This document shows positions 15,301-28,700 of a DNA stretch of 64,000 nucleotides, in pieces; position 1 is the stretch's first letter; each line of letters opens with the position of its first letter. This stretch comes from Lingula anatina. Its lineage: Eukaryota; Animalia; Brachiopoda. Where the stretch lies: assembly GCA_051362555.1 (NCBI GenBank), contig CM120646.1, positions 9,858,001 to 9,922,000 on the forward strand, given 5' to 3'. The notes below the pieces were generated by a model. The model saw nothing but the letters and a program-made list of their open reading frames with translations, was not told where the DNA came from and did no database searches. Both the position numbers and the translations under genes were made by a program.

Positions 15301-18300
15301 TCAACTTCCCATATAACAGCCAGTGCAGGGGTACCATCAACATCCCATACAGCAACCAGTGAGAAAGTACCATGAACTTACCACACAGCAGCTAAAGCCA
15401 TGGTAACTTACCATTTGCAGCCAGTAAGGGGACACTATACACTTTCCTTGCTCTCTTGCTACTCGAAATTCTTTGCTTGTGTCATTATTTCGTCCCTAAG
15501 AAATAAAGAGTTAATACAATTTTCAAATACATACAGCAACATAAATCTTCAATATTTTTTTATTATGATACTGAAATAGTTGCTTAAGAATTCTCCATTT
15601 ATTTAATAGAACGTGGCAATGAAATGCATGTTAATCTTCAGACATCTACAAGTATAGAATATGCAATTACTTATAAATATGAATACACATAAATTACATT
15701 TATTATCATTAATGTACATATATTATCATTAATGTTAGGTGGATACATATCAATATATACATGCATACACACACACACTCACACAATTAAAAATAAATAA
15801 AAAAACACAAGACATGTATGAACCCCAACTCTGTGTTATATATATTTAGTGAAACCTACCAACTGTCAGTGTGAAATATGTTAAAAATGGTGTCACTTAT
15901 TATGTCATGTCATAACATCTACATATTTTTTGTCTTTTTGTAACATCATTTTTTGTGACAATAATGGATGACAATATGTAAGATGCCGTACTAAAAAAAA
16001 GTCTGTGCATAATAAGGACTATTTAGATGGTGCGCATGTTCATTTATTAACTTCAATGTGGCATACATATGCATTACAAGCATTTTGTTAGAACACAGTG
16101 GCTTACAAGGCTTTTGCCTACTATAGATATAATGCACACTGAGTTTCTTTTATCAGAATACTTCAACTGGGAACTACGATTTCTTCTTTTCACTCTGCTG
16201 ACCTTGGTATTACAGTATCTAAATTTGGTCATGCCAATTCTATTTCTGATTATTTTAGTAGTATGGATAAAGCAATTACCATACATTCAAACACAACTGA
16301 ATTTTGAAGCACATTGGACAACACTAAACTCAATTTTGATGTCACTTTCATTTACCCCTTTACCATGGGTTTGTGTAGTTAATGTTTGCAAGTTAAATAT
16401 TCAGGGTCAGTATACTGAGGTAATCCCAATTTTCTAGGTCAGCACTATTTGGTCCCTAAGGGTTAAAGTAATTTCAGTGAAATGAGCAATATCAGCAATC
16501 CAAAGTTATTTTATGCAAATAAGTAATATCATCCATTTAAAGTAATTTATTCAAATGAGTACCATAGCGCACCTTGGTTTAAGTGGTTTATGTAGTGAAA
16601 TTTGAACAGTAAAGATCTTTTCCTAATGCTCTGTGTTTTGCATTGGTACTCTCTCAAACAATAATAATGAACTTGGCATTTTCTAGATTAATATATGAAT
16701 ATACTTTGAGTGCAGATTGCGAAAGGAACCTTCAATAACCTGGTCAATTGGACTCTATCATGTTTAAATAGAAGCAACCCTCAAGAACAATTTTCCTTTA
16801 ATAAGAGGAAACGGATATCAAGCTTATGGCCATGTTAGCCATACTGGATGCAAGGATAAACTTAGGATAAACTTAGGCCTTGGGATTGCACCAAACATGC
16901 CTGTCCTTCCTAAATGATGTGTTAAGGGTTTGGCATGATGTAATGCATATTGCAGTCTAATAAAACTAAGTTTAACAGTTCGGTAGCTTCTTCATCAGAG
17001 GCATTATGAAGCTAACTAAATTTTTACTTACTTGGAATATGAAATGGGTGCATGTCTCATCATAAGTCCATCTGTAATCTGCCCCCAACAAGGCAGCCAT
17101 ATTGTTGTAGTCACTCTGATTATTACTGAGTTTACGACTGACAGCTATAGTGACACCGCACAGTGGTCCACTGGCCTGCTCCTGGAACTACAAGGTAATG
17201 GGCACTAATGGTACTGTTTTCATATACCACACAGTGGCCCACCACCCTGAGTCTCAGAAATTATTTGAAACAAACTTCTTCACTAAAGCATACCATTGGC
17301 GTTTCAAGTTACTTTTGACCAGATTCATTTTGAACTAGATTACTAAGCCAATCGAATCCATGTTTTCAAGACTTTTCACCATAGTTTGGAAGAAAGTCTA
17401 AGATGTCCAATGAGACTGGAATAATGTGTGGGATTATTTACTGATGCAGCACAATACATCTCTGTAATATTTGATTGGTCCAGATTTGAACAAACCACGT
17501 TTTGATTCTTTCGCATTTATTTGCTAGATCGTTCAATGAGTCATCGGAGGGGGAGGGGTTAAATTTCAGTGTCAGGCAGCCAGGCCTAATGAATCAGTCA
17601 GAGGACACTTGAAAGAGCAAGGGTATGCTTTAGTGTACAGGCAGGCCCATAGCCAGGGGGGGTCGAAAGAACCACCCCTTTTGCTGGGAAAAGGTCCACT
17701 CTGAGTAAAATTTGCTCTAGGTACATGAAGTTTTTATGGAAAAAGGTCCACTTTTTCAGAAAAAGAACCCCCATTTTGAAATTGCTGGCTACGGGCCTGA
17801 CAGATTTGTTTCACGTTATCTCTGAAGCTCTGAGTGTGGTAAAATATCCTGCTCCTAAAACTACAAGGTACTGGACATTAATGATACTGTGTGTATACCA
17901 CATAAGGTGATGTTAAAGTGGTATTCAAACACCATCAATCATTAGATAATTCTTATATTTTATTTTGAAAATTACAGCTGTGTTTATTCTAACCTTCTTA
18001 TCAATTCCTTTTGCTTCTTTTTGACCAATCACATCACTTGGATTTGTACAGACAGCTGTGTTCTTGATGGCTTGAGACATATGGTGGCTAAACACCTCTT
18101 CTATCGGCTGCAACATAAAAGAAGAAAAAGGTTTTAAAAAAGTAATTTTATCAATATTAAATCATACTTCATAGCATAATCACCACCAATTTTAATAATA
18201 CACTATAGGTTACATGGACTATAGATATCTAGGGTTCAACTTCTTACTCATATGGAGTTCTAGTCACACATTTTAAAAAATGCCAATAGGTGAAAAAAAA

Positions 18301-21300
18301 AAAATTCTTCAAGAAAGCATCCAATCAAGTTTGTTTTCCAAATCAAGCTGCATCTTATAGCCCATGAATCAAAATGTGTAGGACATTTATTTAAACGATG
18401 GTGTACCCCATGTTGTTTGGGAAAGTGAGTTAATAAAAAAAATAACAAGGCAGCAAAGCTGTCAAATGTACAGACAAAAAGCAGAAATAACTAGAGGATC
18501 AGAGAGGCGATACCGCCTCCGAATATTGTACCACCAGCTGGAGCAAGCGCATTCGTGTAGACCCCCACATACACAAAATAAGGGACACAGCCACCAGTTT
18601 TGTGCTTGACAAGCTGTAAAAATGCAATCAACAAGAATTTTTAAACTATTGCAAAAAATATATATGGTACAATCAAATTTAAGTTCTTCGTAAGGTAGGT
18701 CAAGGGTCAATTTCAAGGTCACAGTAAATTGCCAGTATATGACTTCCTATTCAAGTTCAAGAGTAACTATGGACCTATCTCTGTCAAGTTTGAAGTTAAA
18801 AGAGAAAGAAATTAGCAGAGTTCAGTTCATGATAAAAAGTAGGTCAAAGGTCAATTTCAAGGTCACATTTAGATTGCCAGTATATGACTTTCTATTCAAG
18901 TTCAATAGTAACTATGGACCTATCTCTGCCAGTTTTAGAGATAAAAGGGAAGCAAAATTTGCAAAGTTCAGTTTATGGTGAAAAGTAGGACAAAGGTCAA
19001 TTTTAATGTCACATTTATAATGCCAGTATATGACTTCCTATTCAAGTTCAATAGTAACTATGGACCTATCTCTGCCAGTTTTGGAGAAAAAAGGGAAGCA
19101 AAATTTGCAAAGTTCAGTTTATGGTGAAAAGTAGAACAAAGGTCAATTTGAATGTCACATTTATAATGCCAGTATATGACTTCCTATTCAAGTTCAATAG
19201 TAACTATGGACCTATCTCTGCCAGTTTTGGAGATAAAAGGAAAGCAAAATTTGCAAAATTCAGTTCATGGTGTAAAGTAGGTCAAAGGTCAATTTTAAGG
19301 TCACATTTAGATTGCCAGTATATGACTTCCTATTCAAGTTCAATAGTAACTATGGACCTATCTCTGCCAGTTTTGGAGATAAAAGGAAAGCAAAATTTGC
19401 AAAGTTCAGTTCATGGTGAAAAGTAGGTCAAAGGTCAATTTCAAGGTCACATTTAGATTGCCAGTATATGACTTCCTATTCAAGTTCAATAGTAACTATG
19501 GACCTATCTCTGCCAGTTTTGGAGATAAAAGGGAAGCAAAATTTGCCAAATTCAGTTCATGGTGTAAAGTAGGTCAAAGGTCAATTTTAAGGTCACATTT
19601 AGATTGCCAGTATATGACTTCCTATTCAAGTTCAATAGTAACTATGGACCTATCTCTGCCAGTTTTGGAGATAAAAGGGAAGCAAATTTTGCAAAGTTCA
19701 GTTTATGGTGAAAAGTAGGTCAAAGGTCAATTTTACGGTCACATTTAGATTGCCAGTATATGACTTCCTATTCAACTTCAATAGTAACTATGGACCTATC
19801 TCTGCCAGTTTTGGAGATAAAAGGGAAGAAAAATTTGCAAAGTTCAGTTCATGGTGAAAAGTAGGTCAAAGGTCACTTTCAAGGTCATAGTAAGATTGCC
19901 AGTATATGACTTCCTATTCAACTTCAATAGTAACTATGGACCTATCTCTGCCAGTTTTGGAGATATAAGGGACTAAATGTTATAATTTTGGAGTTACCAT
20001 AATGTGCCTTAAATTTCGTACAGAAAAAATTAATTAAAATAAAGAAAATGTCACTTTGGTCAAAATTCTTGAAATAGGAGGTGCTCTGAAGTTTCAGAAG
20101 TTCAAATTTGATGAAATAATGTCATTTTTGAACACAAGTTGTCTGCTTTGCCAAGCCTTATGTTTTATTTTTCCAGAGTTCAAAATTTATTATCCATTAC
20201 CGTACTGTACATTTTGCTTTTACCACCAATATGTACTTTTTGATACAGAGTAACTCGAAAACCGTATGGAATACAAAAAAACCGAGACCACCCCCAGTGT
20301 TGGGCTTTACATGCTCTACAAAATGCAAAAAAGAATGGGTCTCTAGCATTAACGGTTCCCGAATTAGAGACAGTTTTCAGTTTCGGTATCTTATGGCCGC
20401 TACTCCCGTGAAAATGCACCGATTGACCCCAAATTCATGGAGATGAAAGATGACCTGAAGGGTAACACTTTCCAATAATATTATTGGTTAAGTCTGTGTG
20501 GTGTCTGAATAACAGGGCAAAAAAATTTTTTTTCGTAAAAAATTTCATTTTTTTGAAAATTTTGGCCCATTTGACCTTGAAGTAAAGGTCAAAGGTCAAA
20601 TCCAAGGGTATATTTGAAATCTACACATATGACTTTTGGAAAGCTGTCTATAGAAATTTTTCCCATAACTCCTTCCGTAGGGTAGATAATTAGCATTTAA
20701 TTTTGCCATTTTTAGACAAGGGTGCATTGCAATGAGTGCCACACGCAGACCCCAATACCGACAAAGCCCAAATTTTACGTGGAACGAGTTGAGATTATAG
20801 GTGACCTAAATCCATGAGATGGGTACGGGGGCCCTTACCGTCTAGGAGGAGAAGCGGTAACGGTAGCCGTCCGGCGGAGCCAACGGAGCCGGCAGAGCCG
20901 GCGGAGCCGGCGGAGCCGGCGGAACGATCCGGACGGGACCGAAACCATGTGTACCGCCAGCGCTAACGCTGGTGGTACAATAATGCACAAAATAAGTTAC
21001 TTTGTCAATTTTGATACATTATGCTTAACAGGAAAATCAGCACCAAATTGTAAGCATACACAAAAGGCAAGGGTACTTGTCCTAAATAAGTAATTAGCAT
21101 GATACTGCAGGCTCATTAGAGTTCAAATTCACACACTGAAAATGCCAGATTGAAAAGAATGAAAATTTCACAAAAAAAATATCATACATTCTTTATGTAG
21201 ATCCTAAGAATCATTCTAACTTAATCACCACCTATTTTAATTATCTAATATACATCACATGAACTTTAAGAAAATGTAACTATCATATGACTTCATGCCC

Positions 21301-24300
21301 ACAGGAGTTAATATTTCCATACTGAAAATGGCAATATGTGAAAAATGAATATTTCACAAAAACTGCATTTACTTCCAGAAAAAGAATCCAATCATCAGGC
21401 TGGTTTTCCAACTTAAGCTGTATTCCAGTCTTATGAATATTTTCTGCAAGTTTGAGAGTTCTAAGTAACATGGTTTTCCTTTGGTGGTCATTATGGCATC
21501 AGTACCCAAAATTGATACAATAATGTATAATTCTTAAATGCATAATCACCACCAATACAAGCATCATGGATATTTAGAAAGTGTGACTAGAAAAGGCCTT
21601 CAGCCCCTTGAAAGTCAGAACCGAAGTCAAACCTTGAAATTGCCACTATGTGAAAAATAAACATTTCACAAAAAATGCATAACTTAAAAAAAAAAACAAG
21701 TTTGAAAATAATAAGTATGGTCTTCATATTATTGTGCTTTTGTTATCATGTCTATTTGGATACAATATTACGTACCTAATACTGCATCTAGGAAATTCTG
21801 AGAAAGTCTGACAATATATATACATGCTACGGCTAAGTTATTTATGACCAATGCAGTTTACTTAACCCCCTTTCTCCATGGTTTCTTTTATCATTTGCAT
21901 GTCATACTTCCATCTTGCAAAAACCTTTTGCAGATCTTTAAGTTGTTTGTTCTTCTTTCCGGGTTCGAGTAAATTCTGTTGTATCTTCAAGTCTGACTAT
22001 ATACAATAGATTTTTTGATGTGTGAAGGATAGAAGCTAATGTAGGTAAGCCGAGCCATCTGTGGGTTTTCTACGTGTAGCCAGTCTATTGTTTTTTGTTT
22101 TTTTTTTTGATAGAGAAGATGGTATCCAAAGTTTTGTTTTTAGATAGAGTAACTGAGACTAGGCAGATCGAGAGGTTTTCCTAGATAAAAAGTTCTCCAA
22201 ATTCTTTAAGGTCTTCATCTCTGTGTGCCCATAGTAGGAAGGTGTATTCAATCTATGGAATGTAGAATGTGGGCTTTTTATAGTTGGCCATAAATAGGTT
22301 GGCATACTGAGGAGCCTTTTTTGTGCCCCTGGCCTTCCTTTTATCTGCAATAAGAACTCATTTTTTTGTTGAATTCAAAATAATTGAGCATAAGAATGAA
22401 TTCAGTGAGTTAAGTGAAGAAATCTAGCTGCAGTTGTGTCTTATACTTATTATTTTTCAGGGAATTTTCTAGTGCGTAATGCGTTGATCCCACCTTGATG
22501 TGGACTTGATGTTGGACAGGTGAAGACAGTTCAAATTATGAAAATTTTGTTTGATTTTGACTTGATTAATTAAGCACAATTAATGACTATAATGTGATGT
22601 TTGTTCCTGATAACAGAGTTAAAAAAATTGTGCTCAATGAGAGACCCACTTCTGAAAAAATTATAGTTACCATTCTCATATGGCAAAACTTCTTACTCAG
22701 GAAAACTTAATATGATGTTTTCAACTGATTTTACCTTAATTTGTCTTGCACAGTTTAAATGTGTTTGCATTGGACTTCAAGTGCACCTCAATATTTGTAT
22801 ATAAACAATTACTTTAAATATTATTATAAAGAATTCAAATTAAAGGGGTAACATCTATTCATTTAGGCAAAAAAATGGATTTTCCTGGGGTAAAGGACAA
22901 TTTTCCCATGTTTATCAATGGTTAATGAATCCATTCCCACATTCAAAGTTTGTCCCTATTTTTTTCTAAAAAGTTTGGTTTTCTGTAATATTCTCTTAAG
23001 AGACTATTACAGAGTGGAGCCATCTAATGGAGCAATCTAATGGACATTTTGCTCAATGTGTCAAATGGTTTTCAATTTATTGTATTATCTGTTTTGCATA
23101 GGACATGCTGACAGGAAAGGATAACTTTTTCCAACAAATGACAAGATCAAGCCGATTCTCAGATTATACCAAAGTTGCTATTATAGTAATTATCATCAGT
23201 CCTCTAAGTTTGAAGACAATGGGTCAAACAGTTTTCCATCTAATTGAAAACAATCATGCTGAAAAGACAGGAAAAAACAGCAAATTTTCCAAAAAAGATC
23301 AATTAAAGTTGGTCTTTTAACTTAACCTGTATTTAATAGATATTCATCAGTCCCATAAGTTTTAAGACAATAGGTCAATCTGTTTTCCATTTGTGTTATC
23401 TGCATTGCTTATAATTTTATATTAGCTAAAAAAGCACAATTGAGCATTACTTTTCCAACTATGGTCAAATCAAGCTGATTTTACAACTTTTCCTGTATTT
23501 TACTTATATTCATCAGTCTTGTATGTTTAAAAACAAAAGGTCAAACTGTTCATCAGTGATGATGACGATGACAATGAAAATGATGCAAAATAAAACTGAT
23601 GGTTATGTGTACAGACACTCTGCATCAGTACATAAAAATGATAAAACCCAAAAAAAGCTCATCTGAAGCATACCTGTTGGCAATATTTCATTATCAACAT
23701 AAGAACATTTAAAAGGTTCTCAACTTTGTTGTTATACCTTATTTTGCACAGTGTTTTTTGGAAAGAAGTATAAGACAGTGTGATTGCATTGTGATACAAC
23801 ACACACATTTCAATAAATAAACTAGAAAATATGAACAATTCTTTCTTATTTGGATTTCGGAAAAAAAGTCCCATAGTGTGTAGTTTTCTCAGTCATTGTC
23901 TGATGCACAATACATGCTTATAAGCTATAAGTACTAAGTTCAAAAACTAACCAGACTGGCCTTTCTGTGCCTGCTCTGTCTTCTGCTCCTGGGGCTTTGA
24001 TACTGACTGGCAGGGCTGTGGAGGGCTTGCTCAAACTCCTAAAATACACATTGGATCTCACACTTCTGAGGGTGTAAAGCAATTATCCAAAAACAAATCA
24101 CATTACTGGCAGGTTCAATTGTTCAAGAAGAATACAAAATTAATTGTGAAGTAATATTTAAATAAACCTGAACATTTACTCCAGAACCTGAATGACATGC
24201 AATGAAACACTTGAGTACAAGAAATAATAAATAACTACAATAAAACAAATACTGTCATATTTTACCAATTGTTGAGAATAGAAACTAAAGGATTAAGAGG

Positions 24301-25672
24301 CAAAACAAATACAATTACTAATGACACAGTTTTTGAACATGGAATATGGGTAAAAAATATGCAAGTATGACAATAAACAATCCAGACAAAGTGAATGCCA
24401 AAAGTTCCATGTTAGTTTAATGTAACCTGAAGGTCAAAAGATGGATGGAACTCTTTTCCCTGGGCCAGAAATTTTCCTGGTGTATCAATGCCTGTGTTTA
24501 ACCGCAGAGACTGCCTCTTTGGGGTTGCTTCACTGCCAGCTCTAGGTTGCTTCAGAGCCTGGAGAGGACACCAAGTGCCATTATAAATTTCTTTATGTAC
24601 TTGTACATTGCAATTTAACAAAAATTCAAAATCAAAATTAAAAGATAATTAATTATAAGACAAAAAAACAAAATAAAATTGCTCAATAGAGAAAAACCAA
24701 TAAAAAATAAAACAAAACTGCATCTATGGGACTAATATTGTAAATGTCTGACAGCTGCAACTTGCAGTAAAAAGCGATAGCTTTTTGCTAGTGATAGCTG
24801 AACTCGACATACCAGTTCAACTGGAAATGCCTGTCAGCTATTTAACAGATGTTTTGCATCAAATAATTCAAGTTGGCCTGCCTGTCATTAAATGGTGACA
24901 TGATGATTCACTACCTAATTCATATATGACCCAATTTGATTACTCCCAATTCCAGGCAGGGGTTTCTTCCGGAGTTGGGATACAGGGAGTACCAAATGTG
25001 TATCTTTAATTTGGTCATCTGTTTACAAGGAGTCCAACCCAAGTAAACCCAACCAACCAACCCAGAGCAATGGCTATCTAAATGAAGGTTGGGTGGCTTT
25101 CTGGGGAAAGCCTTGGTTCCAGATCATTCGCTGTCTGAGCTTCAAGTGGACATAGTTTGTAAATCAACGAAAATGTAATTTAGTATCAGTCAAATGCCTA
25201 TCCACCCGCCAATACTCATTTTATTCAGTGTGTTAATTGGCCAATTTATTTCAGTATTTACTTATTTTGGCATTTATTAGCAATCTACAGAAAATTTTGA
25301 AAATAAAATCTCTAAAATGTTGGCCTCTATTGTGACAACAACCAACATACAAACAAACAAGCAAGGTAATATACTTGTGAAGTTTTTTTCACAAGTAATG
25401 AAACAATACAAAAAGCAAAGCTGTGGAATGGACCGAAATAAACTTAAAGAGGCTCTGACATTAAGTCTGTGTACAAATAATGAACAATGTCAACAATAAA
25501 AGTGCATAGAATTTTTCTGTCAATGTTGATCCAATATATAATTACACATAATTGCAACCAAATTCCTCATAACTGTTAGCATAGCCATTCAGAAAAATAT
25601 CTAAATTCAAAGTCAAAACTGTGAAATTTGTGAAAAAAAGATATATTCACAAAAAAACAAAAACAAACAAAA

Positions 25673-25707
<35 letters not shown>

Positions 25708-28700
25708 AAAATCAATAATAATCCAACCAGGTATTATTTCCACATATTTCATACATTATATTTCCATACATCACTCCCTCAAACCTGAAGATAAAAACAT
25801 GGTTTTATTTTTCACCAGTAAAAAATGCAAGTGCAAGGAGAGAGCAATGCTGACAGTGACCACAGATGAAGTGATGACCACCTATTCAGACACATTGTGT
25901 CTGCCTATAAAAATGAAAGTTTCTGAAATCCTGTTTTTAAAAGCAGGCCTAGGAGTCTACTCACCATGAGTCTGCTGTTAGTTGGTCTGGGTGTTTTAGG
26001 TTTTCCAGCTGTCTCTACACTTGAAGTACGTTCTCCTAGCTCAACCAAAGGCCCACTGTACTCTATTTTTTCATTTTTGTCATTTGGTTTATCTTTTAAA
26101 CCATTTACAAATGTATCACTCTTTTTGTTAAGATCATATTTGTCAGAGTCTGTCAATTTTTTTGGATCAGTTACAGGGAATTCTTGCTTTTCCATGGTCT
26201 CACTTGTTTTCTTCTTAAAAGATTCAACCTTCGCTGCACTTTTCTCCCTATGGATGATGACTTGCTTTTCAATTTCTTTTTGAGAAGGTTTAGATAACTC
26301 CAAATTAATCTTGTCTGAAATACAGAAAAAAACTCAAAATAAAATGATCTATTTTAATTTTTAAAAAACGAGCCCTTACAGCTACAGTCACTGATAAAGC
26401 TACCAAAAATTTAACAGAGTGAAAAATTTGCATGTGATAAAATACAGGAAACAAAATATGATATTGTTGGTGCCACTTGTATGTTTACACTGGTAAAAAT
26501 CTTGTGCAATTTAGTAAACAGCTTGTTCTGAATTCAATTTTACAAATTGCATTTAAAAGCTTAGTCAAAAATCTACATCAACTTCTTAATTCAAATCAAT
26601 TTTAGACATAACTTCAACCACACACAATTTGCTTTATCTAAAGCAATGAATAAAAATTGCCCCAACTTTACCACCAAGAATTAACTCTTAGGACTGTCTA
26701 ACCTTTGTCTACCAAGAAATCTTCTTCTGGCACTCTTTGTCCATTTCTAGCACAGGCAAATATCCATCTGAAATATCACAGGTTTAATTTGTTTACTGTA
26801 CCTTTTGTTTATAAGAAACATAATAGCTTGTCAAAAAAATTTGGCCCATCACTTGCATGGGCATTGATGCCCATGAACAATATTTTGAGCACATTTTGTG
26901 ATGCATACATCACTGTGCACCATACCCTGAATCTTCCTCAATCACAGATATATTGTCAGATATTTTGCCAGGTAAATAAAACAAGGGCATTTAAAACACA
27001 CCTTATCCTTACAGTCATATGGACATTCTGACTGTTGAAATAATTTGCTGGTAATTCTTGGTATAAGATACTTACTCGCTAGTAACAGCAGGGAGGTTCC
27101 ACTTGGTGGCAGCCTGATACTTGGAGCCATCTGCCTCTCGCACCAGGAGATGAGTGCTGGCAAGAAGCTTCTTACTGGTTTTTCGCACAAAAAATTCCTG
27201 GGTCCTTCAAAGATAAAATACCAAAATAACAACCTGTCACAAGAGGTTCAGAAGCCATAGACTACCTTCTAGTTTACATATATGTACTTCCAACTGGATT
27301 TGTGAGTGCTAATATACATAACACTGTACACAATGCATATTCATTATCTAGGTGAGTATGAAACAAGTCACAACCACTACAGTGCTGGCTATGGCAGTCG
27401 CTTTTAAGATCAAAATTGCTGACAATGCAAATTGTGAAGTAAATAAATAGGCATATTATCGAAACTATAAGTAACTGAGAAACTTGTAAGAGCTGCCATT
27501 TCCAATAAACAAATGTATGGTTATCCACTAGAAAATAGTTTTCAAATCATCAGACATCAAGGTCATGCATATCTGTCAAGGTGAAACTAAATAACGATAA
27601 AAAAAATTGCTTAAAATGAAACACCAACTGTCCTTTTTTCACAGAAATGCAATTTTTATGACTTTTCTAGCTTTCTATTGAAATACAATAAACAACATAA
27701 TATTATCCACCCATAGACAGAGGGACACAAGGATAGGCAGAATAAATTGATCTCCCACTTTTGTCACTAAAGCTGGGATAGTTAACAACATCCAGCTAAC
27801 ATACAGCATAAATGGCCAAGCATCAAAGCAGTAAAATAACAGACAGGCAGACATCCTGATATAAGCGCGACAATGTTTGTGAAAGGGAGTATGTTGATAT
27901 CTAAAAAATTTAATGTCTTTTCATACTTTTTATCTGAAAGGGGTAATACCAAACCACATTTTTGGCACCACTGAAGATTAAGTCTGTATAGGGGTGCTCA
28001 AAGAGTTGGTGAAAGCGAGAGAGAACTTACTTGGCTCCCAATAATTCAGCCAGATGCATCAGGCAGTCACGCTCCACACCACTATAACCGCTGGAAATGA
28101 TACAGAGCAGCTAAGGCTGGCGGACAAAACAAAACTCCAACAAAATGAAAGCAGTGGTATGTGTTATGTCCATTGTAATAGTTAGGAACTAGACATTAAA
28201 GACAGTTGACAGCAAAATGATATTCCCATTGCATCATTTTAACATAAAAAGGCGCATTCCAGTAAACAATAAATTTTGTGAAAATAATCAGAACATGTTG
28301 ATTTTTGACACGAAACTGCTTTTTGTCAAACTATTTAGACACTGAATAAAATTAAAGTAACTTAAAACAAAAGTATGATATGGTAATTATGATGCAAACA
28401 ACAAATATGCTGGACAGCATCACCAAGGACAGTCACAGTGATCAGAATAATATCTCTTTATATAAAATCATGTACCTTTTACAGTTCTTCAACTTTTGTA
28501 TAAAAATGGGCAAGAAGGTGCATCCAAAAGGTTTTCAGTTTTCAACAGTTTTATATTTCACAGCAATGCTTACCATTCACCATATATGGCAAATTTATGG
28601 GCTTCCTTATCAATAAATTAGTTATTCAATTATACGATAAATAAAAAGTAAGCATCATTTCACTTGTGAATAACAGTTCCCTTTCCCTGCACTGACCTGA

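Larger units (their letters stand above)
18444..23638 (-). mobile_element. old HINE-like element hosting nested insertions
   Basis: End motif AACAAGGCAGCAAAGCTGTCAAATGTACAGAC at 18444; degenerate 160-bp units 23.1-23.55 kb; decayed head hairpin at ~23605-23638. Confidence 0.65.

Noticed and set aside
18695-19970. Regular repeats as a CRISPR-like array, or ORFs 18739-19718 as a repeat protein
   Set aside because: Contiguous monomers without unique spacers, eukaryotic intron, and ORFs arise by frame rotation of a 146-bp unit
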